NCBI GenBank assembly: GCA_973895155.1
Contig: OZ316896.1
Location: 1,984,001 to 2,048,000, forward strand
Source of the DNA: Marsupella aquatica
Taxonomy: Eukaryota > Plantae > Marchantiophyta
Direction of reading: 5' to 3'
DNA length: 64,000 nucleotides
Shown: one piece after another, positions 11,590-25,200 of the stretch
How the letters are laid out: the number at the start of each line of letters is the position of its first letter
Position numbering within the stretch: position 1 is the first letter of the stretch
Program-made: the position numbers and the translations under genes
The notes under the pieces: model-generated
What the model saw: the letters and a program-made list of their open reading frames with translations, nothing else
What the model was told of the DNA's origin: nothing
Databases searched by the model: none

Positions 11590-14500
11590 AAAATGTTCAA
11601 CACTTCCAAAGAAACCTAGCATTCCACAATGTATTCATTCCTAACACATTTCGTAAGCAGAGTTGTTTCTCTTCTTTGTTGGGCATTGGCAATGTTGCAT
11701 CACCACAATACACTGCCTTAACTAATACTCACACCCAAGGACTCTCAATCATGACACAATGAAATTTATCCTCTCTTGGTAACCCTGTCACTTCACCTCT
11801 AGCAACAACTGTAGAGCGATCCACAACGCTTCGTACTTCTATAGCATCTCCTTTTGAAAACTGCCACACAAAATTGTTAGGACAAATACTGTCTTGTAGT
11901 ACTGATTTGGGCATATCATCAATTTAAGAACATAAGCCAACTGAAAACAAATTCACCTTTGCTGCTGGATTTGGGGAGAGAACTGGTCCTCGTTCACTAG
12001 GTGAGATAGTGATAGGGGTTGATTTCTTGAATCTCTTTGAAGGCCTAGGTGGTGTAGCCTCTTATTCCTGAATTGTATTTGACACTATCTGTTCATCTGT
12101 GATAGCAATCTCATCACTCTCACCATTATCAATGCTGCTTTGTACAACGCAAGGTTCCTGCAGTGCTCCCAAATTTGCTTCTCCCATACTTGGCTTTGGC
12201 TTCTGCCTTGTTAAAGTATCTGATTTCTCTCGCTGTGATACAGGATTCTCCCCTGAAGAAGCTACCACAAAACCAAACAATGAATGCTTAGAAGACTTCA
12301 TTCTAAATTGAAAAATAAACTATTGCATATGTAACATGTTTAGAGTATAAGTTTGTATGTTCTTACCATCACCATCACCTGAGAAAGTAAGAGAACGTTT
12401 CCTGCTATTACCTTTAGGCTCAACCACCACCTTAGTAGCAATTGCATTTGATAATTGCATATGGAACTGATTCTGTTGATTTTGTGCAATGAAAGAAGTC
12501 ATCATAGATGTCAAATTGTCCACTTTGAATTCAAGCTTGGTTAAATTCTCCACAGACTGTTCAAGCTTGAGTAATCGAGCTGGTTCCTCAATTGTAGTTT
12601 CCCTGGACAGTGGAGTCTACATACACAAACACACCATACAATGTCAATCATCAATGATAATTTGAACATCATGGATAACTGATAATCAAAATTGAATATA
12701 TACACAGGTTTTCATTACATACCGCTGATCCATGTGCAGATCCAATTCCAACAAAACTACTGCCTCAATGTTCACCACTACCCATAGATGGACAGATCTG
12801 CACTGGGGGGACTGGACTACTAGACACAAGTTTTGATATAACGGGGCTCGTCATTCCTTTTGCTTTTTGGAAACACAAAATCACATTCAAAGCAATTGGA
12901 ATATTAATGAGAACTCATCATGTCATTGTTTATTCCTATACTAGATAAACACTTCAATTCAAATGACAGTCTAGACCTGCAATGAGATGGACCATCTGAA
13001 GATTCTTACCAATCTTTTTTCTGCTCCAGCAGCCCCTCCTCTTCCAAAATGCTCTTTGTTCACCACTTCTGCCCTCCTTGCTTTCATCACAGCACTCCTT
13101 GCAAGCAAAGCAGGACTATCAAAATGATCCACCAGTCGTGCCCATTTCAATGGGTCAACATATTGAGGTCCTGGTTTGGAGCGATCACGTTTACATACAT
13201 CCTTCCAATAAGTATTTAGTTTGTGACGTTCTCTTTTCAATAATGTCCAACAGTGTCTAATAAATTTCTTGTCAGACACTAACTGCTTATCTGGATACTC
13301 CCAATCTGCCTTCATCAATTTCTGCACATCCTCAATTATGTTTGGATCTTGTTTGTTCCAATCAGATACTGATACATCAAAAAGCCTCAAGACATTGGCA
13401 CGTAGCTCCTCCATCCAATATGGTTTATTAGGATGAGAATCATCAATATCATTGTCATGAATTTGAAAAAAACACCACAAATGATAGTCATCAACATTGG
13501 GAATGAAACAAACACCAAATTGCTTCTGAGTACACAAACTATAGGCCACAAATGTGAAATGTGCAATGAAAATCTTACCGTTATCAATTTTCCCTTCTTA
13601 TTGTCAGCCCTTCTTGCACTACTACCGGTTCTCTGGAATTGTTTTTTGGCTTGCCTAGATTCCCTGTGTTGCTCTGTTGCAGTCTTTCTTCCCTCTACAT
13701 ACACAATGAGCATCCAATATTGATCATCCACAATTGCAAAATGAGGGACAAGAAATATTACCTCGGGGGTTTCACTTCCACAAAAATGGCATATCACGTG
13801 CGACGAAGGATAGGGTCATTTTATTGGTTCTAAGGGAAGACTTAAGAATTTTTGTAGAAGAACAATAGAGTCTTTTAAATTCAATTTTGAGACTTATAAG
13901 AACATTAGGGTCTTTTTAATTCAATTTTTAGAATATTCCAAGAATATTCCAACTTTATAGGGGTTAAAAAATTAAAAAAAATTCTTACATTTTAGGGGGT
14001 CCGAGGCCTAAAAACGTCGCAGGCGATGGGGAGGTCCCCATATAGTGAGACCCCTGAGAATATTACAATATAATAGGAGGACCCTTCATTGAATTTGACT
14101 TACCTGAACCCTGACTGGATGTCACTACTGCAGAGTGTCTAGATTTCTCAATCGATGTTGATGGAACCACCACTATACACATGCAAACCACTAGAGTTAT
14201 GAATCCAACATTCATATAGATCAACATTGAAAAATACATTGAAAATCTCTGAAATTACTTACATTCAAATAGCTGGCCAGTCACAGGGTCTTTGTAACAT
14301 TGCACCATGCCACTCATGGAAGGTCCAACCTTTGTAGGGGTTTCTTTTGCATCTGCCAAGCTCTTAGATGGAGGTTGCAGATGTTCCTATCCAGATCAAG
14401 TTAAAACGAATGTTATTAAACAAAATCATTACCAATGTCTATAGTTTCCTCATAATGTTGGTGAAATGTAATAGGAATCTCACCTTGGATAAATTTTCTG

Positions 14501-14690
14501 GTTTCTCATCTTCACTGTACTCAGCATCAGTGTCATAATCTGATTCAGAGCCCTCATCACCAGACTCTGCCATACTCACTAAGGCAATTCTTGATAGTCT
14601 GGAACTCTGTGTGGTAACCTCACTTCTAGGAGTTCGACGTGCACTTGTTTCCTTCTTGCGCCCTACGGTCTGTGTTGCACCCAATCTACA
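11590..14690 (-). CDS. Multi-exon TnpA/Tnp1-like gene of A (Transposase_24-like exon plus C-terminal Tnp1/En/Spm-like domain); exon limits approximate, probably degenerate
   Basis: 12971-13549 encodes YWMEELRANVLRLFD...KWARLVDHF...HFGRGG; the last exon encodes FSKGDAIEVRSVVD..VVARGEVTG..FHC..TLWN. Collinear with the homologous exons in B. Confidence 0.75.
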
Positions 14691-14983
14691 TGAGAGAATA
14701 TCAATGAATGAATGACAAGTATCAAAAACCAACTCATATTGTTGATGAGCAATATTAACACATCTTTGCACATTCAAAACAACATGCAAGATTATACTCA
14801 CATGAAATTGAAATTTTCTCCAAATATCTCCCTGAATTTTCTATTGTTGTCTGCTACCTTCTTATTTCGTTCCTCTTCATATGGAGGTATTTGCTGCATT
14901 CACTGCTAGACTATGGCATGCCATGTTAGTATGATCCCACTCCCAACTAAATGAAACTGGACTGTACAGTATCTTCAAACCAT

Positions 14984-17900
14984 TCATTTCCTTTTATACT
15001 TTCTTTTTCCTTTGTCTGTAGTACTTGGTCCAGGCTCCTGTCTAGTTATACAGGCTTCTGCCAACTCTATGTGAAACTTAGCATTGTCATCCATAGTATC
15101 ATGGAAATCAACTTCCATGTAATCACCCAACACTCTTGTAGACCTGGATTCCTTGTGGAGGATTGTCCTCCATGCAATCCCCTTATCATTTGGATAAAAA
15201 AACACCTGTTCTATCTGTCGTGGCAATACATAGTCCATTTTCTTGGAAGCACCCAGCTCCTTCTGAAAATTTACTTGCCACAATCCAGACGCATCATATC
15301 TCATACTTGCAGTGGCTTTGGGAGTCCAAGATGGGTTTGCCCACCTTCCTTTGAAAAGGACCACTTCCTTTATCAGAGGCCCATAGTTCAACACTAAGAT
15401 GTCTGTCAACACCCCCACATATTGTACAAATTCATCTACTATTGCCCCTGACCTAATGACCCGCTTCTCAGTGAATGTACAAGCCATCCCAGAATCAAAA
15501 GTCTTGAACCCAGATGAGTCACAATCAATCAAGGAACCTAGTGATGGAATGGTCCTCCAATGGTGCCCATAGGCTCTGCAGGCCCTGTACCGCAGTGCCT
15601 TCAGACTAGGTGGTACACTATATGCTGCCAACACCATTCGTTCAAACTCATTCTCAAAATTATGCCTTCTAATTGTCACTTCAAACCATTCTCTAAAAGG
15701 AGGCAATTCATCCAAATCAGAGGGATAAGGCACAGGATTCCTCCAATTTCCTGGATTCTTCATCCATTCTTTCCAGAAATCTGCTCTGTGCTTGGTAACT
15801 GCCTCCTTTTGATCATCATAAACCTTGCATGGCAAGAATGATAGTCATCTCCTAGGCCCACACAATTTTTGCTCAAAACTCAATTCTGTTTAATAATAAA
15901 CAACAGAGAACTTAACAATATAAATCATGGTCATACCTATACCATGGTTCCACCAGCTCTTCATTCTCCAGTATGTAATGATGCATAGCTATCATATCAT
16001 TCCACTCCAAGGAGATTTGTTTTCCAGCTCCTTCCAAGACAATGCCTGCAACACCAGGATTCTCCTCCAAGTCCCATGTTCTCATTCCTGTCCCCTTAAC
16101 ATCGATCATGTATTCAGAAAGGAATCCTAAAGATTCATCCAGAAGGTAGCCTTCAGCCATAGAAGGCTCTGGACGTGCCTTGTTTCGAACATAACCCTTC
16201 AAGGTCTTTAGATATCTTTCTATTGGGTACATCCATCTAATGTTCACTGGACCACAGATGTCTAGTTCCTGAACCAGATGAATCAGCAGAGGGGTCATGA
16301 CATCAAGGAAGCTTGGTGGGAAATGAATTTCCATAAGGCAGAGTGTGAATGCAACATCCATCATCACAGAGTCGTACTATGAGGGATCCCAAACCTTGGC
16401 ACAGATGGTACGCCACACATTGCTCACTCTGGCTATGGCCAACCAAACACCTTCATCAAGTAATCCCATTGTTGCCAATCGAAGGATTTGTTGCATGAGG
16501 TGGTGGAAATCGTGAGATTTCAGCCTTGATAACTTCTTCTTAACTGTGACACATTTAGCCAGAGAATTGCTGAAACCAGTGGGCCCTTTAAAGGTCAACA
16601 ATACCTCTAAGAACTTAGTCTTCTCTGTCTTACTGAGGCAATATGGGGCTGGCGGCATGATCTTTGAATCCTTTTTTGGATCTGGATTTGGAACCAGCCA
16701 CAGGTGTTCTCGCACGTCCATGACTTTCATGTCTTCTCGAACAGAAGGAGTATCTTTTGTCCCAAAAATAGTGTGCACAATGTTGTGCGCAAGATTCTTC
16801 TCACAGTGCATGGGATCCAAACAATGGTTGATGAGAAGTTTCTGCATTGGAAGCACAGTTCAGTACAAACTAAGTTAGAATAAGAAATGTTACTCTTTGC
16901 TACTTAACATTACACACTGAGGGATTCAGTATGGGGAACCAGATACTTACACTCCAGTACGGCAGCTTGTATAATCCAGTAACCCTCTTCACTCCATTCG
17001 CCTTTACTGGAGAATTTTCATCATCCAGTGCATTCCCTGGTTTCTCCTCCACATATTCAGCGGCCTTCTCTCCCCAACGTTTCCTATCAGAGCTGGACAC
17101 TCTACACGGTGCAGCTCGTGCCTCTACCTTACCATTAAAGTATTTTGCCACTTCCTCTTTGCGGAAATAGTGCCTCTGTGGTAACCAGCAACGATGGCTA
17201 GCAAATAGTAACTTGCCCAACTGTTTTGAACCATGTGCCACACAATTTGGCCCACAAACCACACATCCTTTGTACCCTGCATGTTGTTGGCCAGAGACTA
17301 ATCCATATGCAGGATAAACATTGATTGTCCACAATATTGAAGCCCTTAGCTTGAACTGTTGCTGCAATCCTGGCCTTGGTAGAACATCAAAACAATCTAC
17401 TCCTTCTGACCATAATGTCTCAAGATCATCCACAAGTGGAGCCATGTATACATCAAATTGTTCCTCGCTTACAGACACAGGACCTGGAATTAGAAGAGCT
17501 AGCATGACAAAGAACTTCTTTGTGGAAAGCCAAGGAGGGATATTATAATTCAACAGCAGGATTGGCCATGTAGACCAGGCAGTAGAATTATTCCCAAATG
17601 GATTTACCCCATCAAGTGCCAATCCCATTCGCACATTCCTTGGCTCAGCAGCAAAAGCAGGGTCAATCTCTGTGTCCACATGTTTCCATGCCTTTGAATC
17701 TGCTGGATGTCAGACCATGTTGTCCTTGCTCTTGTTCTCATGATGCCAAGTCATTAGCTTAGATGTACCCTTAGTGGCATACAATCTCTTCAATCAAGGG
17801 ATTATAGGGAAATATCTCAAGACCTTCACAGGCTGTAACGAATTCCCTACTAACTTCATCTTTGGCTGATTACACTTGGAACAATTGTCCAACTCTACAG

Positions 17901-18768
17901 TCTCATTTCTAAATAACATACATCCGTTCTCACAGACTGGGATTCTCTCATAGTCTAAACCCAATTTTCTCAGTAATTGTTTTGCAGCATATAGGTTCTT
18001 AGGGAGAGTGTGCTCTATTGGCATTCCATGCTCAGTCAATAAAGACAACATGGCATTCACTCCCGTGTTTGAGAACCTATTGTTGTGACAGATGTTTAAA
18101 AACAATAACATGAAGGAAACTACATCTGTCTTACTGCCTGGAAATAAGGGTCTCATGGCTTCTTCTAAAGACCCTTGCAAAGGGATAGGATTCGTAGGAT
18201 GCCCTGCTGTAGGTGTGTCCTCATGACTGGTCTCAACAGAGGGTGGATCTGCCTCATTCTCATCATTTTGAAACATTGAATCTATATCAAAAGGAGGATC
18301 ATTGTCAACATATTCGTCAGACTCTTCAGAAGCTCTTGCCAATGTCTCTTGAAGTAAAACTCGTACTTGCTCTTCAACATCTATTGATGGTTGGCCTGAG
18401 TGGATTGCCTCTCAAGACATTCCTACCCTCAGTGCCTCTGGAGCAGAGTTACGGATGTAATTGGATCTCCACTCCTCGTCAGAAGAGTCTTCACCCTCTC
18501 CTACCCACACTCGACAGGCAGGGTAGCGGCCATATTTAAGAAGATGTTGTTGACTGGTCTTTCAAGTAGTCTTAACAATCCCTTTGCATTCCATGCAAGA
18601 GCAATACATTCTATGATCAGCACTACCAGAGCAAGCTGTCTGTTCCCGAGCCCATAAGTTATCATCACGTCGTTGTATTCGACATGGATGGGAAAGAGGT
18701 AAACTTCTCAGGTTGTCTGCCTCTGTTGTATGTGCAGTGTTATGTGACCTAGCCTGGCTAGAAGCCAT
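14984..18768 (-). pseudogene. TnpD transposase of A (Zn motif, tnp2, DUF4218- and DUF4216-like regions) with frameshifts/stops and two introns
   Basis: MYCSCMECKG; IPVCENGCMLF; LALDGVNPF; TWPILLLNYNIPPW; DPMHCEKN; LKSHDFH; RWMYPIER..LKGYVRNKARPE..MAEGY; YVGVLTDIL..QVFFYP. Broken into several ORFs. Confidence 0.92.
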
Positions 18769-19770
18769 GATTGCAGCGCTACCTAATCAAAAACACAGTT
18801 GCACATCTTTCTTCTGTGACATCTTGTAGAGCTCTAGACAACTCCAAAACCCTTCCATACCATCTTCTAGAGCGTCATGTGAAGCAAATGTGTGCACAAG
18901 TGAAGAATAGACATACATTTGAGGTACAGTACTCCAACTGAGGTAAAGGCAGCTCCCACTTTAGCCTTCATTGCCAATAGAATAGTACATGCATGCCAAC
19001 AACAGGTAAACAGATGACATATTAGCAACTTGATCAGAAATTATTTACTTGGATACGTTACCTAGTCTCATTTCATATTGTAAGTGGCAATGGGTATTTG
19101 AAGGAGACCTGAATTGTTAAAATCAAAATGACAAAAGTTTACAAGACCAAATAAAGGCCTACCTCAACCAGATTTAAGGCAAGGGTGTGGCCAGTAGTCA
19201 GCAATCTTAGACCCTTCAAACAGTGAGTACAATAACAAACATTAATCATAATGTCCAACAATCCCCTCCTTCATTATGTGACTTTTGAATTCATTTGTTG
19301 AAATGATCCTCTTCATCAAGGCAGTTGGTTTTGGGCAGGTACTAGAATAGATTCCAGATCACAACATTTCATCATCCCCACACAAACCAGGATACATATG
19401 GACAAGGGCCTGAAAGGGTTTCATGTAATGTACATAATTAAACATATAGTGTTTTTGTGCAGTAGTAAGAATGAAATACACACTCAGTCTTCAAAATCAT
19501 CAAAAATGAGAAAGTTCAGAGACCTGGGTTGAAGGAATTCTTAAGGCTGTGGGTTTAGAAAGGCAGTCTACACTAAAAACATGAGAGACATTAAGTGAAG
19601 TTTGCCTTCTTATGGCCAGATCCCTCAACGGGGACAACAAAAAATTTAAGACCTTGGGTGGATTTTAGGTCTTGCTCAGGTCAGTGTGATGTTTCTTAGT
19701 TTTTTGTTATGGATCTCCATTCAGGCTCTTCACATGTTTGCCACTGACACTCTTAACAGTCATCATACAA

Positions 19771-20217
19771 TCAAAATTGATACTGGTCTTTCTCCACTAA
19801 GTGTTGCTCTACTCTAGGGCAAACAGTCTCAACCCCTGGTCCCAAGACTGGCTCATCATGGTGGAATATTATACAGGCACACCTTCTCTGCAACCTACTG
19901 TGTCCATCCCGCCTATATATATCCCCTGGGTGCACTCGACATTTTGGGCAAAAATCCTCACAACTGTGGATACAGACAGAGTAGCATATCTGCTCTGGTT
20001 GTACCACTCCATTATCAACTGCCACAATACAAAAACCTATGGGCAAGGGTGGAGCATCTAGAGTAATGTGCCGACTGTATGTGTCTCTATGTACAGGCAA
20101 AAACTCCCATTGCACAGCAGAACTGGCAGGGACCAACCTCATTCCACTTAGCTTCAGGCGTAGCCTCTCAGCTCTGCCTTCAAGGTCAGCTCCCAAGCTG
20201 CTGCGTGTCCTTGGCAT
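19771..20217 (-). CDS. Unknown Cys/His-rich accessory ORF in A (~148 aa from MPRTRSS)
   Basis: Open frame between the PHD gene and TnpD on the same strand; CYSVCIHSCEDFCPKC..CACIIFHH cluster. Confidence 0.4.
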   Translation of the reverse strand: MPRTRSSLGADLEGRAERLRLKLSGMRLVPASSAVQWEFLPVHRDTYSRHITLDAPPLPIGFCIVAVDNGVVQPEQICYSVCIHSCEDFCPKCRVHPGDIYRRDGHSRLQRRCACIIFHHDEPVLGPGVETVCPRVEQHLVEKDQYQF

Positions 20218-20309
20218 TACTATGACAAATACAAGAAGCAATAGTTTATCCAACCCAACACTTTCAATGAATTTCATGCAAGTAACAATTTAACATTTAA
20301 CTATTTCAT

Positions 20310-20465
20310 ACAATCAGATACTTTAGTCCATTTGAGTTTAGTCCATTAGACAGTGTAGTCCAGTTCATACAATCAGACAATTTAGCCCACTTCATACAAT
20401 CAGACATTTTAGTCCATTTCATACAATCATCCTACTTTAGTCCATTTCAGTTTAGTCCATTGAAT
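20310..20465. repeat. Short tandem repeats (catacaatcagac/ttagtccattt)
   Basis: About 4-5 degenerate copies, mostly ~27 bp apart. Confidence 0.7.
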
Positions 20466-20633
20466 CCAACTTGACACTTCACTCCATTTTCATCCAACCA
20501 AAAACTCAGGTGCTCCACTGTACCCCTCTAGTTCATTTTGATGTCCAATATACTTCCATAAGTCCTTAGCCCATTTTAAGTTCAGTATACTTTGTACTAT
20601 GCAGTATTTTCTATACAACTGAAGGCTTATGAT

Positions 20634-21344
20634 CTATTTGAAATCATGAGGTGGCACATCAGAACCCTCTGGAATGACATGGCGATTGCAGTACACCATA
20701 TGCCATGGACCAATATCCCATGTTTCTCTACCCTTCACCCCTCTCTTCAAGTGTTTGTCTGCCTCTGGTCCCTCATCCCTGCACCACACACGAGGGCACC
20801 TATGACACTGGATAAATTCCCATATGCCATCCGCATACTCCTTACACACATCACAATAATGCCTTGGGCATATCAGAGCAGCGGGATGTGCATCTGAGTT
20901 CTCTGCGTACCCCATGAGAGGCAACTCCTTGGCCCTCAGTATGGTCCGCAGACATCCCACATGATAAAAAGAAAAGTAGTCATCCTGTGCACACTGGACC
21001 ACAAGGGGCTCATCTGTAGTGGGCTTTAGGGTTCAGCCAAGTAGTCCACAAGCAAAGCAACGACCTCATTTCTGTTGACAGAGGTCACAGAGCCACTCCT
21101 TGGCCCAATCATGCCCTCTAGAAATGGCAACGGGTGTGCACTCAGGCCCATGGCCATCAGGCTCCTCAGAATCCTGCCCATCAACTAAGTAATGGAAATG
21201 ATGACTGCAAGGCCCATCGCAGAACAAAACAATACCTCCCTCATCACATTCAAAACAACAAGGGGGATCCATGCGGAGGTGCTCTTTATGGGCAAACTTT
21301 GGATCCAGCCAGGCAGCAGCAGTCCGTGCCATGCCTGATGTCAT
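20634..21344 (-). pseudogene. EDM2-like composite PHD-finger gene in A; two in-frame TGA stops
   Basis: One frame reads CFECDEGG..CDGPCSHHFH..WLCDLCQQK*GRCFACGLLG*..VQC..FYHVGC..ICPRHYCDVC..IQCHRCPRVW..MVYCNRH. Stops at 21068-21066 and 21035-21033 are consistent with CGA>TGA. Confidence 0.85.
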
Positions 21345-21654
21345 GTGTGGATCTGCAGAATTACCTTCCATATTACAAAGGTGTACTTACGTAAGAGATT
21401 TGAGTGCAAATGAGGAGATGTCCTGCCCACCTCAGTCTCACGGAGTACAAGCAATGTCCAAAATAACTTGGCTCTGGTTTATGTGTGCTCTGCACAGACA
21501 GCAAAATGTTAAACGCAATCAGTCAAGCAGACTTGGATAAAGTGTTCAAAGTGAAAGAGAAGTTTATTCAAAAAGGCAAGACTGAGAATATTCAAAGTAG
21601 GCTGCAGTCTTATCTACTGCTCAAGACACAAAGGGTAGGTCTAATGCACGATGT

Positions 21655-21985
21655 CCCTTATCGCAGCTCCAATCCACTGATGCGGCTCACTGAATCCCAA
21701 ACTCCAGCTGACGCTTTGCAAAGGGGAAGAAAAGCAAAGGGGAAGCAGCCGCAAACCCAATAAGCTAAGACAACAATCTCATAGGAGAGAAAACAGGATT
21801 GGGAGAGAGGCAGAGCAAACAATACTCTGTAAAAAATACTTGGTCCTTGGTGAACCTAGCATTACATGCTGCTCTACAGATTGGTACTGTCTTGAGGAGC
21901 TCAAACAATAATGCACAGCACTATACTCAGAGCAAAGACAAGAACCAAACTTCCAAGAAGGCAAAAATGGCCAAGGCATGACAAG
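21655..21985. repeat. Diverged duplicate of 26335-26515 (probable 5' UTR exon/intron unit)
   Basis: cgcagctccaatccactgatgc...aggggaagaaaagcaaag matches cgcagcttcaatccgctgatgc...aggggaagaaaagcaaag; both are followed by aaaatggc(c/t)aag(g/a)catg. Confidence 0.7.
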
Positions 21986-22214
21986 ACACAGCTCAGTTAA
22001 TCAAACTAGCAGCTTGCTTGTACATTAGTTGCTCTACCCTAAACCCTAAAATGCTTCTCGTCCCTGCCAGTGTGGAGCGCAACACTACCTTAGTTGCAGC
22101 TTTGTCCTTCACTAAAGCTGAAATCCGGTTGATAGCTGACTGTGCAATCCGGTTGATAGCTGCTGCTGGTACTCGCCAGACAGACCCTTCACTGAAACTG
22201 AAAACAAAATTTGA

Positions 22215-25200
22215 TGTAGCAAGGTGATAAAGAGATAAATGACTATTTACTCCTTAACAACTCGATTTCGTTCCGGTTAGGAGTGGATAAGATCGACAAG
22301 ACCTAATTAACACGATTTGAGAAGTTTACATCAACATTCTTAGGTTGGAGAGATTTCTAATGATCTCCTTAACATAAGTGTTTAACCACAAACTCAAGTG
22401 GGTAATCCTTAGGATTCACAGTGCAATAATAAAGACTAAAATTAACCAAGATTGAAACTAGAGAGAGTAGATAGGAGTTTTCAAAGTGCAAGGGGATTGA
22501 ATTTCTGACCATCACCACTTCTTCAATAAGGATTATGGCCTAATTTAAGATTCAGAAATCAACATTTTCTATGCTTTTTGATTTCTCATAGCAACTCTTC
22601 TCCATCTATTGAATTTAGAAGACAACAATGTAAATCAACCCGGGACACTTTTCTGGTCTTGCTTAAGACGGTACTAGGATACTCGAATTGGTTTACTTCT
22701 CCTACAATCCTTAAGATTGCTTGTTTGAGTTTTGTGCAAATGTCAATTTCCTCTTTGGTGAATCTTCCAAATGTATTGATGACAAATCTCATTGATCTTT
22801 CAATATCATTAAGGCACACTCTAGCATTCATTGAACACTTCACAACAACTCAAGGGTTGCTAAAACTTCTTCCTTTTACTCAACCATGGTAAAAAGAAGG
22901 GAAGAAAAGACATAGATTCCTTCAGAGGCAATGAGGAAATCAAAATGTATGTTTTCTTTCTCGGTTGACTTTGGGTTCTCCTCCTTTTGTACTAAAAGTG
23001 GAGATTATGAAAAGACATGCCTCTTCAAAACCTAAGTCTAAAGAAATATGTAAATAAAAGTGAACTATCCTAGTCAAAAATGGAGTAGAGTCTCCAATGG
23101 ATACATCAACAAAATACTGGAGTCTACTTACTCATATACTAATCTATATAGCTATTTCTAAGTCTAACTAATGTGGCTCTAACTCTCTAAATATAACTCT
23201 ATTCTGGTCCTAGCTTTTGGGAAGGAACCTCCTCAGTGTTAGCCATGGCAAGGGGTTCTGGTCGAAGGAAAACTCCCTGCTGGCCAGTGGTAAAAGGGAT
23301 GGACGGGTCAATATCCATGTTCTCCTGATGGGCACTTGGGTTATGAGAATAAGTGTAAGAATGGGAGTGGAAGTGGGTACTGGGAGTGGGGAAACCAGGA
23401 GGGTTGAGGGGTGATGAGGGGCCAGTGGAATAGACTCCTTCATGAGGACTAGGAGAGAAAGATCTGGTAGTAAAGGGAGGAATCTGAGTATCAGCTAATA
23501 GCTCTTCTGTAGTCAAGTCACTCATCTCCCTTAGGGCTTCACAGGTCTTTGAGAGGCCTGTAAGTGCATCATCCACCTTGGTACTCACATCTACCATTAA
23601 ATGGTTAATCTTGGAGAAAAGGATGGGTGTGGTGTTCTTGGCCAAATACTCATCATAAATTTGGGCCTTAAGAAGATCCAGAGAAGCTATCTTAGTCAAA
23701 GGCTCAATCAGATCCAAAGATTGAGTGATACTGAGTTGGAGAGTATGCTCAAGCTCATTCTTCTTCTTACTCCTTTCCAACTGCTGTTTGAGTTCAGATA
23801 CCTTCTTCTTGAGGAACTCATTCTCCTTTTCCAACTTCCTCTTATCTGTGGCATCACTCATGGTGGAGATCTTCTCAAGAATCTGTCCTGGTTTTATTCC
23901 TAACTTCTGAGAAATGTCAGTGATGGCCTTCTCCATCATAGTGGTCTTCCTCTTCACCTTCTGGAATGTGTCTGAGATGATCTGGAAATCAGCTAGGGTG
24001 TCTAGGGAGGCATGGCCGGGTGCATCCAAAAATTCAGCCGGGTCGACGAAGGCCGGGTCGGGAAAGTCCGGGTCGAGGTTCCGGGCAGCAGACCGGGTCT
24101 TTCGAGGATTTGTCTCTGCTGGCTCCTCATCCTCACTGTCATCAGAGGTGGCCTGGGTGATATCTGGATCTGTCTCTCTATACTTTATGAAGTTGAACTT
24201 GGCCAATAGTAATTTCTTCTCCTCTCTGAACAAAACTCCTTCAAAGCTATATAGATGTGCCAGGTAGCAGGAGAGGGGAGTAGGACTCTTGTTGGATAGG
24301 TTCTGTACCAACTTCCTTATCAAATCAAAGATAAGCTTAGCCTAGTTGACTTTTCTTTCTCCCTTGTAAGCAGCAACAATGGTAGAGCCAACTCCAACAG
24401 TAACTCTTCTTGGTTTCTCAGGGTACAGCAGGGGTAGCAGAAAGCTGAAGACTCGTCTCAGATCAGGATCCAAACACTTAGAAACATTGAACCCGTCCTT
24501 AGTTACTGTTGATGGCTCCTTTGAAGTAAGGAAGGATTAGGTTGTCAGCTCTCCCCACTGGACCTTCTCCTTCATCTTCCAATACAAAAGCTCCTGCAAT
24601 CATCATCTGAGTCCATCGCTTAGGTCGGCCTCTAGAGGTATCCTTAAACTCAGCTGGATACTCCTTGGATCGGATCTCTCTGATCATATCTTCGCTTTGA
24701 TAACTCCAGGGTAGCTCCATCAGAGACTCACAACCCATCTTGAGCAAAGACTCCCTCAGTTTGACCTTCTCAGCTTCACTGTCCGGAATAGCTGGCCTCA
24801 GAATTTTTATGGCAATAGGGACCTCCTTTCTCTTCGATCGTCTCACAGGGGCTTTAACCGGAGTAGGTGCAGGTGATGTTGAGGTTGAATGTCCCTTAGA
24901 GACGCGAGAAGTGGACATTCCGGCTGGATCCGCCCCTTGCTCCATAGGATTTCTGGAAGCAGAAAATTGATTTCTGGTAAATGTTCTGCCTCCTATACGG
25001 CAAGCTCTACAATGATGCAACTTCAGAATATTCAATCGCTTCGGTGTCGACCAATGGTAGAAATGTCCGGGTTGACCTGGCCGCAGCGTTTATGATCAAC
25101 TGAAAATCGTTTCGGAAGAATTGCATCAAGATTGTGTCAACCACAATGCAGGGTCATCTAACGTAGGGAAAAGCTGGACTCAATCGGGCCTATAATGGTG

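Noticed and set aside
21033-21068. TGA readthrough, selenocysteine or RNA editing in the PHD gene
   Set aside because: The stops are not at Cys-ligand positions and are simply explained by CpG deamination in a methylated TE.
22212-23108. Apparent 0.9-kb LTR with TGATGTA..TACATCA ends
   Set aside because: No TSD, PBS or PPT; the 22215-25814 boundaries give a perfect TSD instead.
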